A DNA stretch of 64,000 nt from Octopus vulgaris. Lineage: Eukaryota. Under the pieces are notes generated by a model, which did not search any database, was not told where the DNA came from, and saw nothing but the letters and a program-made list of their open reading frames with translations. This document shows, one piece after another, positions 12,178 to 25,935 of the stretch (positions are counted from its first letter, which is position 1; the number at the start of each line of letters is the position of its first letter). The DNA is taken from positions 9,362,001 through 9,426,000 of the forward strand of contig OX597842.1 in assembly GCA_951406725.2 (NCBI GenBank), given 5' to 3'. The position numbers and the translations under genes were made by a program.

Positions 12178-15100
12178 TATATATTATATATCATATATAT
12201 ATCATTATCATCATCATCATTTAACATCTGTTGTCCATGCTGGCATGGAGTGAACAGTTTGACCAGGGCTGGTAAGCCAAAGGGCTGCACCAAACTCCAG
12301 TCTGATTTGGCATGGTTTCCATGGCTGGATGCCCTCCCTAACACCAACCTCTCCAAAAGTGTTATGGGTGCTTTTACATGCTACTGGCACATGTGCCATT
12401 TGCATGACACTAGTATCTTCTATGACTACGATTTCACTTAGCCTGATGGGTGTTCTTCTCAAGCACAGCATATTGCCAAAGGTCTTGGTCAATTGTCATT
12501 ACTTCCATGAGGCCCAGAACTCAAAAGTTGCTTTTTACATGCCATCTGACAATAACTAGTGGTCCCTTATGCCTGGTGGTTTTACTATCCACCCTGATAC
12601 CAATCGATAGTATTTCTGCATCTCTGTGCTGACATGGATTGTCATCACATATGCTAGTTAACCCATAGCTTGGATCCTGACACATGCTATTACTCTGGGT
12701 CAGAATAAACCTGGGAACAACAGGGGCTAAGAAGTGGTTTCACACTGCTCAAAGCCCTTGAACTCCTGAGCTAGGGCCCCACTACTGGATGGATACAGAC
12801 AAGTCATACCCACAACACAAATTACAGCGACAGTACTTACCACCATGTTCAGGTGCATTGCTAAAACAGCCAACTGCACCTCGACCTCTGGCTCGCGTGC
12901 CATTTTTCTCAGTGCCCTCACGCCCTGCGCATGACACATCTTGCCCAGACAGATTTTGGCAACGTCCAGTTGTTGGGTTTTCACGCACATCTTGGCCATG
13001 TTCTCCCACACTGACTCACTGCAATTAGACACAAATACACATAAATTGTAACTTCTGATGATTAATAATGGTGATAAGATATATATATATATACATATAT
13101 AACTCCAAGAAAGTTAGAGGTTGTGAATGCAACCAACTAAGGGTTGGAAGGATCAATAGGTGGTTCATCAACTTTTAGACATTATATTACGTTAACTTAT
13201 TTATTTATTTACTAAACTAATCATCATCATCATCATCATCATCGTTTAGCGTCCGTTTTCCATGCTAGCATGGGTTGGACGGGTCAACTGGGGTCTGTGA
13301 AGCTGGAAGGCTTCGTCAGGCCCAGTCAGATCTGGCAGTGTTTCTATGGCTGGATGCCCTTCCTAATGCCAACCACTCCGCGAGTGTAGTGGGTGTTTTT
13401 TACGTGCCACCTGCACAGGTGCCAGACAGAGCTGGCGAACGGCCACGAACGGATGGTGCGTTTACGTGTCACCGGCACGGGGCCAGGCGATGCTGGCAAC
13501 GGACACGAACGGATGGTGCTTTTACGTGCCACCGACACGGGGCCAGACAGAGCTGGCAACCGGCCACGAACGGACGATGCTTTTACGTGTCACCAGCACG
13601 GGGGCCAGCCGAGGCTGGCAACGGACGCGAACGGATGGTGCTTTTACGTGCCACCGACACGGTTGCCAGACAGAGCTGGCAAACGGCCACGAGCGGACGG
13701 TGCTTTTACGTGTAATAATTACAATAATATACATACATATAACATATTATGCTTTACATATAAGATATACAATATAGTAATATATAAGGATACCAGTAAT
13801 TATTTTAAAATAACAAACATGAATAATAAATTGGTAAAATAACTTACAGCTGTTTCAGCCAATAGATAAAAATACCTTATTCTACCTTTATTACTCAAGT
13901 GGAGTGAAGTAATAGGTAGATGAAAATGAGGTACTTGGGTATATCTCTAGGCTTCGTCAGAGATTATAAAGTACATAATGTTAAGTTATAAATACACACA
14001 CATTTGAATACTTATATATATATAGATATAAATATACATACATATATAGATATACATAAATACTTATATATATACTGAAATATACATACATATTTACATC
14101 TATAAGCATATACAATAATCAGTTATTACTATACAGGGCTACTTCACATTATATAAGGGTGGGAAGCTTTATGTCAGATATTAAGGGGCTAAAGTGTGAT
14201 AAAAAGAGGTGTTGAGAGGTGAAAGTATGATAAAAGGGACAGGATGAGGCGTCTTGCTGGAGAGGAGATACATGGCTACTTTGCATTATATAAGGGTGGA
14301 TGGCTTTATGTTAGGTGTTGAGAGGTTAAAGTATGATAAAAGGGACAGGAACAGGTTTGTTGCTGGAGAGGAGATACATGACCACCTCACATTATATAAG
14401 GGTGGGTGGCTTTATGTTAGGTGTTGAGAGGTTAAAGTATGATAGAAGGGAGAGGAGATACATGGCTACCTCACATTATATAAGGGTGGATGGATTTGTG
14501 TTAGGTGTTGAGGGGTTAAAGTATGATAGAAGGGACAGGAAGAGGTTTCTTGCTGGAGAGGAGATACATGGCTACCTCACATTATATAAGGGTGGGTGGC
14601 TTTATGTTAAGGTGTTGAGGGGTTAAAGTATGATAGAAGGGACAGGAAGAGGTTTCTTGCTGGAGAGGAGATACATGGCTACTTCACATTATATAATGGT
14701 GGATGGCTTTGTGTTAGGTGTTGAGGGGTCAAATTCTGATAGAAGGGACAGGAAGAGGTTTCTTGCTGGAGAGGAGATATAGGGCTACCTCACATTATAT
14801 AAGGGTGGGTGGATTTGTGTTAGGTGTTGAGAGATTAAAATATGATAGAAGGGACAGGAAGAGGTTTCTTGCTGGAGAGGAGATACATGGCTACCTAACA
14901 TTATATAAGGGTGGGTGGCTTTATGTTAGGTGTTGAGGGGTTAAAATATGATGGAAGGGACAGGAAGAGGTTTCTTGTTGGAGAAGAGATACAGGGCTAC
15001 CTCACATTATATAAGGGTGGGTGGCTTTGAGTTTGGTGTTGAGGGGTTAAAGTATGATAGAAGGGACAGGAAGAGGTTTCTTGCTGGAGAGGAGATACAT

Positions 15101-18100
15101 GGCTACCTCACATTATATAAGGGTGGGTGGCTTTGTGTTTGGTGTTGAGAGGTTAAAGTATGATAGAAGGGACAGGAAGAGGTTTCTTGCTGGAGAGGAG
15201 ATACATGGCTACCTCACATTATATAAGGGTGGGTGGCTTTGTGTTTGGTGTTGAGGGGTAAAGTATGATAGAAGGGACAGGAAGAGGTTTCTTGCTGGAG
15301 AGGAGATACATGGCTACCTCACATTATATAAGGGTGGGTGGCTTTGTGTTTGGTGTTGAGGGGTTAAAGTATGATAGAAGGGACAGGAAGAGGTTTCTTG
15401 CTGGAGAGGAGATACATGGCTACCTCACATTATATAAGGGTGGGTGGCTTTGTGTTAGGTGTTGAGGGGTTAAAGTATGATAGAAGGGACAGGAAGAGGT
15501 TTCTTGGTGGAGAGGAGATACATGGCTACCTCACATTATATAAGGGTGGGTGGCTTTGTGTTAGGTGTTGAGGGGTTAAAGTATGATAGAAGGGACAGAA
15601 AGAGGTTTCTTGGTGGAGAGGAGATACATGGCTACCTGACATTATATAAGGGTGGGTGGCTTTATTTTAGGTGTTGAGGGGTTAAAGTATGATAGAAGGG
15701 ACAGGAACAGGTTTCTTGTTGGAGAGGAGATATCTGGCTATTCTTGCAGGAAAAGGAGAAAGGATGGAGGCGATGAGGGTCAGACATGCTGACCAGGGAT
15801 TAAAATACAGTGAGAAGAACAACAAGCCATCCACCACACACCACCAAAAATCACACTTACTTTTTAATTAGTTTGATCGCCTTGAAAGCCTCGTCCATAT
15901 TGCCAATAGCCTGGTGGAAACAGAACTCCAGCATGGCTGACTGCGTTCCTTTGTCACATGTCTCCAAACCCACGAAGTCCCGCATTGTCCTGCGAGCCAC
16001 TATGATGGTGGGCTGTTGCTGATCTTCATGTTTGTGGTGTTGGATGTAGTTGAGTGACCCCTGGGAGTCGTCCTTCTGCATGGCTTCTGACAGCGGTGGG
16101 GATGTAGGTGTAGGCGTCTCGCGCCAATTTTTCTCCTCAGACTGAAAGTAAAGATATACATAGCTTGTACACTCCAGCCCCGACATATTCACCCGTTCCC
16201 CACCCAACATGCAGCAAGAAGTAAAAAGGGATACAAAGCTGTCTACTCACGTCCTGCAGGATATAGAAATAGGGGACATTAAGTCCGATCAGGAATTTGT
16301 CAGGGTCATTTAAGGGGTTTGTTTCTTGTAACAGTAGGCCCCTGTCTGTCGCGAACAGTGATACGATGAGGACCTGTATGGCAATATAAGAATGAGAGGT
16401 GAGTGAGGGTGTGAGTGTAAGTGAAGAAGTGTGTGTTGAGGGAGAGTGTGTGTGTGTGTGTGTAAGTGAATGAAAGTGAGCATGTGAGTGTGTGAAGGAG
16501 AGAAGTTGAGTGTGGAAGTGTGTGAGAGGGTGTATGTAAAGTTTGTGATGAGTGAGGGAGAGTGTGTGTGAGTGAGTGTGAGGGAGAGTGTGTGAGTGAG
16601 GGAGAGTGTGTGAGTGAGGGAGAGTGTGTGAGTGAGGGAGAGTGTATGTAAGTAAGTGAGGGAGAGTGTGTGAGTGAGTGTGAAGGAGAGTGTGTGAGTG
16701 AAGGAGAGTGTAAGTAAGTGAGGGAGAGTGTGTGTGAGTGAGTGTGAAGGAGAGTGTGTGAGTGAGGAAGAGTGTGTGTGAGTGAGTGTGAAGGAGAGTG
16801 TGTGAGTGAGTGTGAAGGAGAGAGTGTGAGTGAGTGTGAAGGAGAGTGTGTGATTGAGGGACAGTGTGTGTGAGTGAGTGTGAAGGAGAGTGTGTGTGAG
16901 TGAGTGTGAAGGAGAGTGTGTGAGTGAGGGAGAGTGTGTACGTGTGTATGAAAGAGAGAGTGTGAGTGAAGGAGAGCATGTGGTGAGAGTGAGAATGTAT
17001 GTTTGAGAGTGTGGTAGAGAGACTGAAAGAAAGAGTATAAATAAAAAACAAAGACTGTGACAGTGAAGAAGAGAGAGAGTTTTTGAGTGAGAGAGAGAAA
17101 GTGTGTTACAGTGATGGTGAGAGTATGGGTGAGGGAGAGAGTGTGGAATGAAGAGAAGAGAATGAAAGAGAGAGCGAGAGAGAGTGTGTCTGAAAATGAA
17201 GGAGGGAGAAAGCGAGAGAGAGAGAAAGAGAGGATGTGGATAAGGTGGCATCCAAAATATGGTCATATATATTTATTTCTTTACTACCCACAAGGGGCTA
17301 AACAGAGAGAGGACAAACAAAGACAGACAAAGGTATTAAGTCGATTATATCAGCCCCAGTGCGTAACTGGTACTTATTTAATCAACCCCGAAAGGATGAA
17401 AGGCAAAGTCGACCTCGGCGGAATTCAAACTCAGAACGTAAAGACAGATGAAATACCTATTTCTTTACTATCCACAAGGGGCTAAACAGAGAGAGAATAA
17501 ACAAGGACAGACAAAGGTATTAAGTCGATTATATGAACCCCAGTGCGTAACTGGTACTTATGTAATCGACCCCGAAAGGATGAAAGGCAAAGTCGACCTC
17601 GGCGGTCGGAACATAGCAGCAGACGAAATACGCCTACGCATTTTGCCCAGCGTGCTAACGATTCTACGTTCATCTTACATCACCAGACATTTCTGTTTGC
17701 GGCTTAATATATATAAAACAGAGAGATTTTAATATACTCACACACACAGCACCCCATCGTTGTGACAAAGAGGGTCCCGGCTGATACGATCAACGGAACA
17801 GCTTTACTCTCTTTTACTCTTTTACTTGTTTCAGTCATTTGACTGCGGCCATGCTGGAGCACCGCCTTTAGTCGAGCACATCGACCCCAGAACTTATTCT
17901 AAGTAAGCCTAGTACTTATTCTATCAGTCTCTTTTGCCGAACCGCTAAGTTACGGGGACGTAAACACATCAGCATCGGTTATCAAGCGATATTGGGGGGG
18001 ACAAACACAGACACACAAATACACACACATACATATATATATATATACATATATACGACATGGACTTCTTTCAGTTTCCGTCTACGAAATCCACTCACAA

Positions 18101-21100
18101 GGCTTTGGTCGGCCTGAGGCTATAGTAGAAGACACTTGCCCAAGGTGTCACGCAGTGGGACTGAACCCGGAACCATGTGGTTGGTAAGCAAGCTACTTGC
18201 CACACAGCCACTCCTGTGCCTATGAAATTAACATGCAAGTGGCTGAGCGCTCCACAGACACATGTATCCCTAATGTAGTTCTCGGGGAGATTCAGCGTGA
18301 CACAGAGTGTGACAAGGCTGGTCCTTTGAAATACAGGTACCACTCATTTTTGCCAGCTGAGTGGACTGGAGCAACATGAAATAAAGTGTCTTGCTCAAGA
18401 ACACAATGCACCGCCGGGAATTGAACTCACAAACTTACGATCATGAGCCAAATGCCCCTAACCACTAAGCCACCCGCCTTCACTACACATACACACATAC
18501 ACACACACAGAGTCACGCAATTAACAACCCACAGGCAAATCCCTTCTTCTGTGCTCTACACACCTGACCCCTATCTGCCATACCCCAAACCCGAGTAACA
18601 GAAGGGGCTGTTCACTTACCATTTCATTGTTTACTCCTTCTGTCTCCTCCTCCTCTTCCCCTGCTTCAGTTTCACCGGTGGTGGGCATCTTATTGTTGGG
18701 GTCTTCCGTGATCAGTCTCGCCTCACAGCTCAACAGGTGGGGCACCTTTGCATCCCAGAAGTGCGAAACAGGGTATCTCCCTGTCATGCCCTTAGAGGCA
18801 GCAACAACCTTAACTCTGATTCAAAAAAAAAGGGCATAAGGTGCTTATTAGTATAAGATTTACAGAGGTGGCTTATAGGCACAGGAGTGGCTTATAGGTG
18901 CAGGAGTGGCTTATAGATGCAGGAGTGGCTTATAGGCGCAGGAGTGGCTTATAGGCACAGGAGTGGCTTATAGGTGCAGGAGTGGCTTATAGGTGCAGGA
19001 GTGGCTTATAGGCACAGGAGTGGCTTATAGGTGCAGGAGTGGCTTATAAACGCAAGAGTGGCTTATAGGCGCAGGAGTGGCTTATAGGCACAGGAGTAGC
19101 TTTTAGGCACAGGAGTGGCTTATAGGTGCAGGAGTGGCTGTATGGTAAGAAGCTTGCTTCCCAACCACATGGTTCCAGGTTCAGTCTCACAGCGTGGTAC
19201 CTTGGGCGAGTGTCTTCTACTATAGTCTCGTGCTAATCAAAGCCTTGTGAGTAGATTTGGTACACGGAAATTGAAAGAAGCCTGTCATATATATGTATAT
19301 ATATGTGTGTGTATCTATCTATATATATGTGTGTGTGCGTGTAATGTCTAACTGATTGTAGACATTGCCAGTCTCCTCTGGCCCCTGTGCCGGTGGCACG
19401 TAAAAAGCACCCACTACACTCACGAGGTGGTTGGCGTTAGGAAGGGCATCCAGCCGTAGAAACACTGCCAGATCAGACTGGAGCCTGGTGCAGCCTTCTG
19501 GCTTCCCAGACACCAGTCGAACTCTGGTGCAGCCTTCTGGCTTCCCAGACACCAGTCGAACTCTGGTACAGTAAAATCGACTGATAAAATAAGTAGCAGG
19601 CTTTAAAAATACATACTGGGGTCCAGTCATTGAACTAAAAATTCCTCCTCCTCCACATCATCATGATTGTCGTCGTCGTCATCATCATCATTATCATCGT
19701 CATCATCATTATCATTGTCATCATCGTTGTCATCATCATCATCATTGTCATCATCATCTTCGTCATCATCATCATCATTATCATCATCGTCATCATCATT
19801 GTCATCATCGTTGACATCATCATCATCATTGTCATCATCATCATCATTATGATTGTCATCATCGTTATCATCATCACCATCATCATCATCGCCATCATCA
19901 TCATCGTCGTCATTATTATCATCGACATCGTCATCATTATTGTCATCATCATCATCATAATCATCGGCATCATTATCATCATCATTGTCATTATCATCAT
20001 CATCATCATCATCATCATCATCGTCATCACCATCATCATCATTGTCATCATTTAACATCCACTTTCCATGCTGGCATGGGTTGGACAGTTTGACTGGAGC
20101 TGTAAAGGCCAGGTGCTGGCTGCACCAGGCTCCATTATCTGTTTTGGCACAGTCTCTACAGCTGGATGCCCTTCCTAATACCGACCACCCCCCACAGAGT
20201 GTACTGGATGCTAAACTACTATATCATCAACCGTATTTCTGTGAGGGGAATAAACGAAAGAAAAGAGAAAGAAGGTGCAGTTGAAGGATGGGGGGTGGTC
20301 CACGAGGTTGCTATGGTTACTTACTGGTTATTGCTGCCATCTGGTGTCACATCGCCTGCACCATGTGACTTACTGTCGTCCTTCTTCGCAACACCAATGT
20401 GGTCACCGCTGCCATCATTGCTCATCTCGGACGAGGAGTCAAAGCTGAAGGTCAACACTTCATCCAGCTCCACGTCCCAGACGTACAGGTTGGTGTCAGG
20501 TCGCTCGTTAGTCTGTAACGAGAGAGGAGGAGGAATTAATCAAGAATTCAGGAGTAGTGCGGAGAGGTATAGAATGATGGAAGCAGGGGTGCTTTTGCTA
20601 TGAATGATGGTGGTGGCAGTGGCGGTAGTTGTGGTGGTGATGGTGGTAGTAGTGGTGGTAGTGGTGGTGGTAGTAGTGGTGGTGGTGGTGGTGTTGGTAG
20701 TGATGGATTTGTGGTGGTGATGATGGTGGTAGTGGTTGTGGTGGTGATAGTAGTGGGGGTTGTGATGGAGGTGGTGATGGTGGTGGTAGTAGTAGTGGTG
20801 ATAATAGTGGTGGTGTTGGTGTTGGCAGTAGTTTTGGTGGTGGTGGTGATGGTAGTAATGGTGGCGGTGGTGGTGGTGGTGGTGATGGTAGTAATGGTGG
20901 TTGTAGTGGTGGTGGTGGTGGTGGTGGTGATGGTGATGATAGTGGTAGTATTGGTGGTGGTGATGGTTGTGATGGTGTTTGTGGGGTGTTGTGATGAATT
21001 TGTGGTGGTGGTGATGGTGGTAGTAGTTGTGGTGGTTGTTATGGCTGTCGTGGTGGTAGTGGTTGTGATGGTGGTGGTGATGGTGGAAGTGGTAGTGGTG

Positions 21101-22262
21101 GTAGTGATGATGATGATGATGATGATGGTGGTGGAGATGGTGGTGGTAGTGAAAGTTGTGGTGATGGTGGTAGTGGCGGTAGTGGTGGTGGTGGTGGCCA
21201 TGTTTAACCTGAGGCCAGTCATGTTGGAGTAAACATATAATCAAAGATGTTCCAGCTGCGACCATCCCATCTTTTATCCAGACATTGTGTATCTAGGACT
21301 ACATTATCTAATGTGCAATAAATATTCATGGCTACAGGTGTTAATTAGCCCCAGGTCAGTCCTAAAACAGGTAACCCTAACCATAACCCTATGACCAAAA
21401 ATGCTGCAACTATCAGTGTTCCATTATTTATTTGATGCATAGTGTATCTTGGACTACATTATCTAATGTACAGTATAGCAATTAGTATTAGTGGCTGTTA
21501 TTGTTGTTCTTTAGCCCCAGGTCAGTCCTGATCCAGCAGACTTATGATTAAAGATGCTCCAGCTGTGAGTATCCCATTCTTTACTCACAGAGAGGTGAGT
21601 GTTTGGTTAGATCATGTACTCCGAGATACACCATGCCTGAATAAAGGATGGACTGATTACAGCTGGAACATCTTTGATCATAGGCCTGTCTGGATCAGGA
21701 CTAACCTAGGGCTATACAACAACAACAACAACGACAACTACAGCCACTAATACTAACTACTATACTGTACTTTATATGATGTACTCCAAGATACACTATG
21801 CCTGAATAAAAGATGGACTGGTTAAAACCAGGAACATCTTTGACGATAGGCCTGTCTGAACCAGGACTGACCTAGGGCTAAATAACAGCTATAGCCACTA
21901 ATACTAATTACTATACTGTACATTGGATAATGTAGTCCTAGATACACTGTGCTTGAATAGAAAAAGGTGGGATGGCCACAAGTGGAACGTCTATCATCAT
22001 AGTCCTGGATCAGGACTGGCCCGGGGCTATACAACAATAACAACAACAGCAGCAGCAATTTCAGGAGCAAAATAAGCAGACACCAGGTAGCCTCACAATG
22101 TGTTAACTCACCTTCATGCAAAGGAGACTAATTCTGCTCCCGGTGCAGTTAGACTTCACTGACACAATCCTGCCTAAATCAGGGATGAATTCGCTCATCG
22201 GCTTCGGTACTGAATGTGGTCGGATTTTCCTGCAACAGGGGGAAAATAAGACATAGATTGAA

Positions 22263-22295
<33 letters not shown>

Positions 22296-23032
22296 GGTGG
22301 TGGTTGCGATGATGCTGATGATATTGGTGGTGGTGGTGGTTGTGGAGGTGGTGGTGGTTGTCATTGTGGTGGTTGTGATGATGCTGCTGCTGATGGTGGT
22401 AAGGGTGGTGGTGGTTGTGATGATGCTGATGATGATGGTGGTGGTGGTGGTGGTGATGATGCTCATGATGATAGTGGTGGTGGTGATGGTGGTTGTGATG
22501 GTGATGTCAATGATCATGGTAGTGGTGGTGGTGATTGTGGAGGTGGTGGTAGTGGTGGTTGTGATGGTGGTGGTGGTAGTGGTGGTTGTGATGGTGGTGG
22601 TGGTAGTGGTGGTTGTGATGGTGGTGGTGGTTGTCATGGTGGTGGTTGTGATGATGCTGATGATGATGGTGGTGGTGGTGGTGGTGGTTGTGATGATGCT
22701 GCTGATGATGGTGGTGGTGGTGGTGGTGGTGGTGGTGGTGATGATGCTGCTGATGATGGTGGTAGTGGTGGTGGTGGTGGTGGTAGTGGTGGTGGTGGTA
22801 GTGGTGGTCGTGATGATGCTGCTGATGATGGTGGTGGTGGTGGTGGTGGTAGTGGTGGTTGTGATGATGCTCATGATGATGGTGGTGGTGGTGATGGTGG
22901 TTGTGATGGTGATGTCAATGATCATGGTAGTGGTGGTGGTGGTGGTGATTGTGGGGGTGGTGGTAGTGGTGGTTGTGGAGGTGGTGGTGGTTGTGATGAT
23001 GCTGCTGATGATGGTGGTAGTGGTGGTGGTTG

Positions 23033-23065
<33 letters not shown>

Positions 23066-25894
23066 TGGTTGTGATGATGCTCATGATGATGGTGGTGGTG
23101 GTGATGGTGATGTCAATGATCATGGTAGTGGTGGTGGTGGTGGTGATTGTGGAGGTGATGGTAGTGGTGGTTGTGATGGTGGTGATGGTGGTGGTGGTAG
23201 TGGTGGTTGTGGAGGTGGTTGTCATTGTGGTGGTGATGATGCTGATGATGCTGATGGTGGTGGTGGTAGTGGTGGTGGTTGTGATGATGCTCATGATGAT
23301 GATGGTGGTGGTGGTGATGGTGGTAGTGGTTGTGATGATGATATCAATGATCATGATAGTGGTGATGGTGGTAGTGGTTGTGGTAATGACGATATGGATG
23401 ATGGTAAATATGATGATGATAATGGAGATGATGACCATGATGACGATGGTGATGCTGATCATGATGATGATGGTGATGACAACAGCAACAACAACAATGG
23501 TGGAAACTTACCCAAGGTGTCACGCCTTGGGACTGAACCCGGGACCATGTGGTTGGGAAGCAAGCTGCTTACCACACAGCCATTTTATTTTATTTACTTC
23601 CTTTTTTATCCTTATCAAGCCAAGTGAAATCATAAATGTGGTCAATGCCGGTGTCACATAAAAGCACCCATTACATTCTTTAAGTGGTTGGCATTAGGAA
23701 GGGCATCCAGCCGTAGAAACTATGTCAAATCAGACTGGAACCTGGTGCAGCTCTCTGTCTTATTAGCTCCAGTCAAACTCTCCAACCCATGCCAGCATGG
23801 AAAGCAGATGCTAAATGATGATGATGATGATGATGATGGTGATGGTATATATATACATGTCAAGTCAAGTGAAATCGTAATTGTGGCTGATGTAACTGGC
23901 ACCTGTGCCAGCCTCATGTAAATGGCACTCGTGCCGGCGGCATGTAAAGATCACCCATTACACTCTCGGGGTGGTTGGCATTAGGAAGGGCATCCAGCCA
24001 TAGAAACCATGCCAAATCAAGGCGGTGAGCTGGCAGAATCGTTAGCACGCCGGGCGAAATGCTTACCGGTATTTCGTCTGCCGCTACATTCTGAGTTCAA
24101 ATTCCGCCGAGGTCGACTTTGCCTTTCATCCTTTCAAGGTCAATAAATTAAGTACCAGTTATGCACTGGGGTTGATCTAATCGACTTAATCCCTTTGCCT
24201 GTGCTTTTATGTCCCCTCTATGTTTAGACCCTTGTGGGTAGTAAAGAAATAAGAAACCATGCCAAATCAGACTAGAGCCTGGTGCAGTGCTTCGGTATAT
24301 TAGTTCCAGTCAAACTGTCCAACCCATGCCAGCATGGACAATGGACATTAAATGGTGATGATGATGATGATGATGATGATGATGCCATTCTTGTTATTCT
24401 TGTTTACCATCTGGTGATCATGACCATCTACATCAACTTCATCATCATCATCATTACCACCACCACCTCTTTCTTTACTATCCACAAGGGGCTACACACA
24501 GAGGGGACGAACAAGGACAGACAAACGGATTAAGTCGATTACATCGACCCCAGTGCGTAACTGGTACTTATTTAATCGACCCCGAAAGGATGGAAGGCAA
24601 AGTCGACCTCAGCGGAATTTGAACTCAGAACGTAGCAGCAGACGTAATACCAACATCACCACCACCACTACTACCATCACCACCACAGACCAATGACTGA
24701 AGCAAGTGAAAAAGAAAGAGAGATAAAAAGATGAAAAAACAAAACAAAAAACATACCGTCTTGAAAGGTCAAAGAGCTTCAGGATTCCATGGTCAGTAGC
24801 TATGACCAGGAAGTTCTCACTGATGTCCATGCAGACTGGCTGACCCTCGCCTTCTGAGAAATCCAGGAACTGCTTAACTGTGCCCTTTGCAAAGAGAGGG
24901 GACAGACAGATGAAAGGGTCACAACAACAACAACAACAACAACATCAGTGGCAACTACAATAACACTCTAACAGCACTTCAGTAAGAACTTACAATACTC
25001 TGATAATGCTACTCCAGTGACAAGCACTCCTATTAATGACACTCCCAGGACACTCCGACATAACACTACAGTAACACTGCAGTTATACTCTGAGATTATA
25101 CTTCAATAACTTCTAACACAACACTCCAATAACACTCCAATAACACTTCAGCACAGCACTCTAATAATACTTTAACACAGCACTCCAACACAAAACTCCA
25201 ATAACACTCGAACACAACTCTTCAAAAACACACAAATGCAACACTCCAGCTGAACACTTCTGTAACACTACAACACAGCATCAGAATATCACTCCAGTAC
25301 AACAGTCTAATAACACTCCAGTTCAACACTGATAACACTTCAGCTCAATGTTTCAAAAAATAAAAACCCTACACTCCAATAATACTTAATCATTGCACTC
25401 CAATTACACTCCAACACAGCACTCTGCTAATGGTATTCCAATAACGGTGCTAACAATGACACTCCAAGGATGATGTTTCACTTACCTGGAAAGTGCGAAC
25501 CTTCACAGTTCCCTGCTCCAGGAGCAACAGACTTTGTTCAAAGATGCAAATGTTGACGGAATCCGTTTCAAATGTGGCTGAAATTGAGTAATAGTGGGAG
25601 GTATAGATTATGTTGGAGTGGCAGATAGTAGTGATGGTGGTGGAGGTGGTTGTGGTGGTGGTAGATGCAACTGAAAATGTAGAATATGTCATATTTCTAT
25701 GAAAGACATCTCTTGTCTATAGGCGCAGGAGAGGCTGTGTGGTAAGTAGCTTGCTAACCAACTACATGGTTCTGGGTTCAGTCCCACTGCATGGCATCTT
25801 GGGCAAGTGTCTTCTACTATAGCCCCAGGCCGACCAATGCCTTGTGAGTGGATTTGGTAGACGGAAACTGAAAGAAGCCTGTCGTATATATGTG

Positions 25895-25935
<41 letters not shown>

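Larger units (their letters stand above)
19650..23490. repeat. Long imperfect trinucleotide tracts (ATC)n 19650-20050, (GGT)n 20605-21195, (GGT/GAT)n 22260-23490
   Basis: Directly visible; similar tracts at 4586-4830, 30570-31020 and 31235-31710. Confidence 0.95.

Noticed and set aside
14333-15871. Series of near-identical 66-aa ORFs suggesting a peptide gene array
   Set aside because: By-product of a 106-bp minisatellite whose period is not a multiple of 3.
16374-17266. His/Thr/Leu/Ser-rich 300-aa ORFs
   Set aside because: CA/CT microsatellite; only 16251-16373 is a real exon.
22179-23661. 427-aa and 481-aa ORFs (poly-T/I and poly-V/M)
   Set aside because: Translations of an imperfect GGT/GAT trinucleotide tract that lacks stops by composition; the same applies to ORFs at 19627-21265 and 30545-31667.
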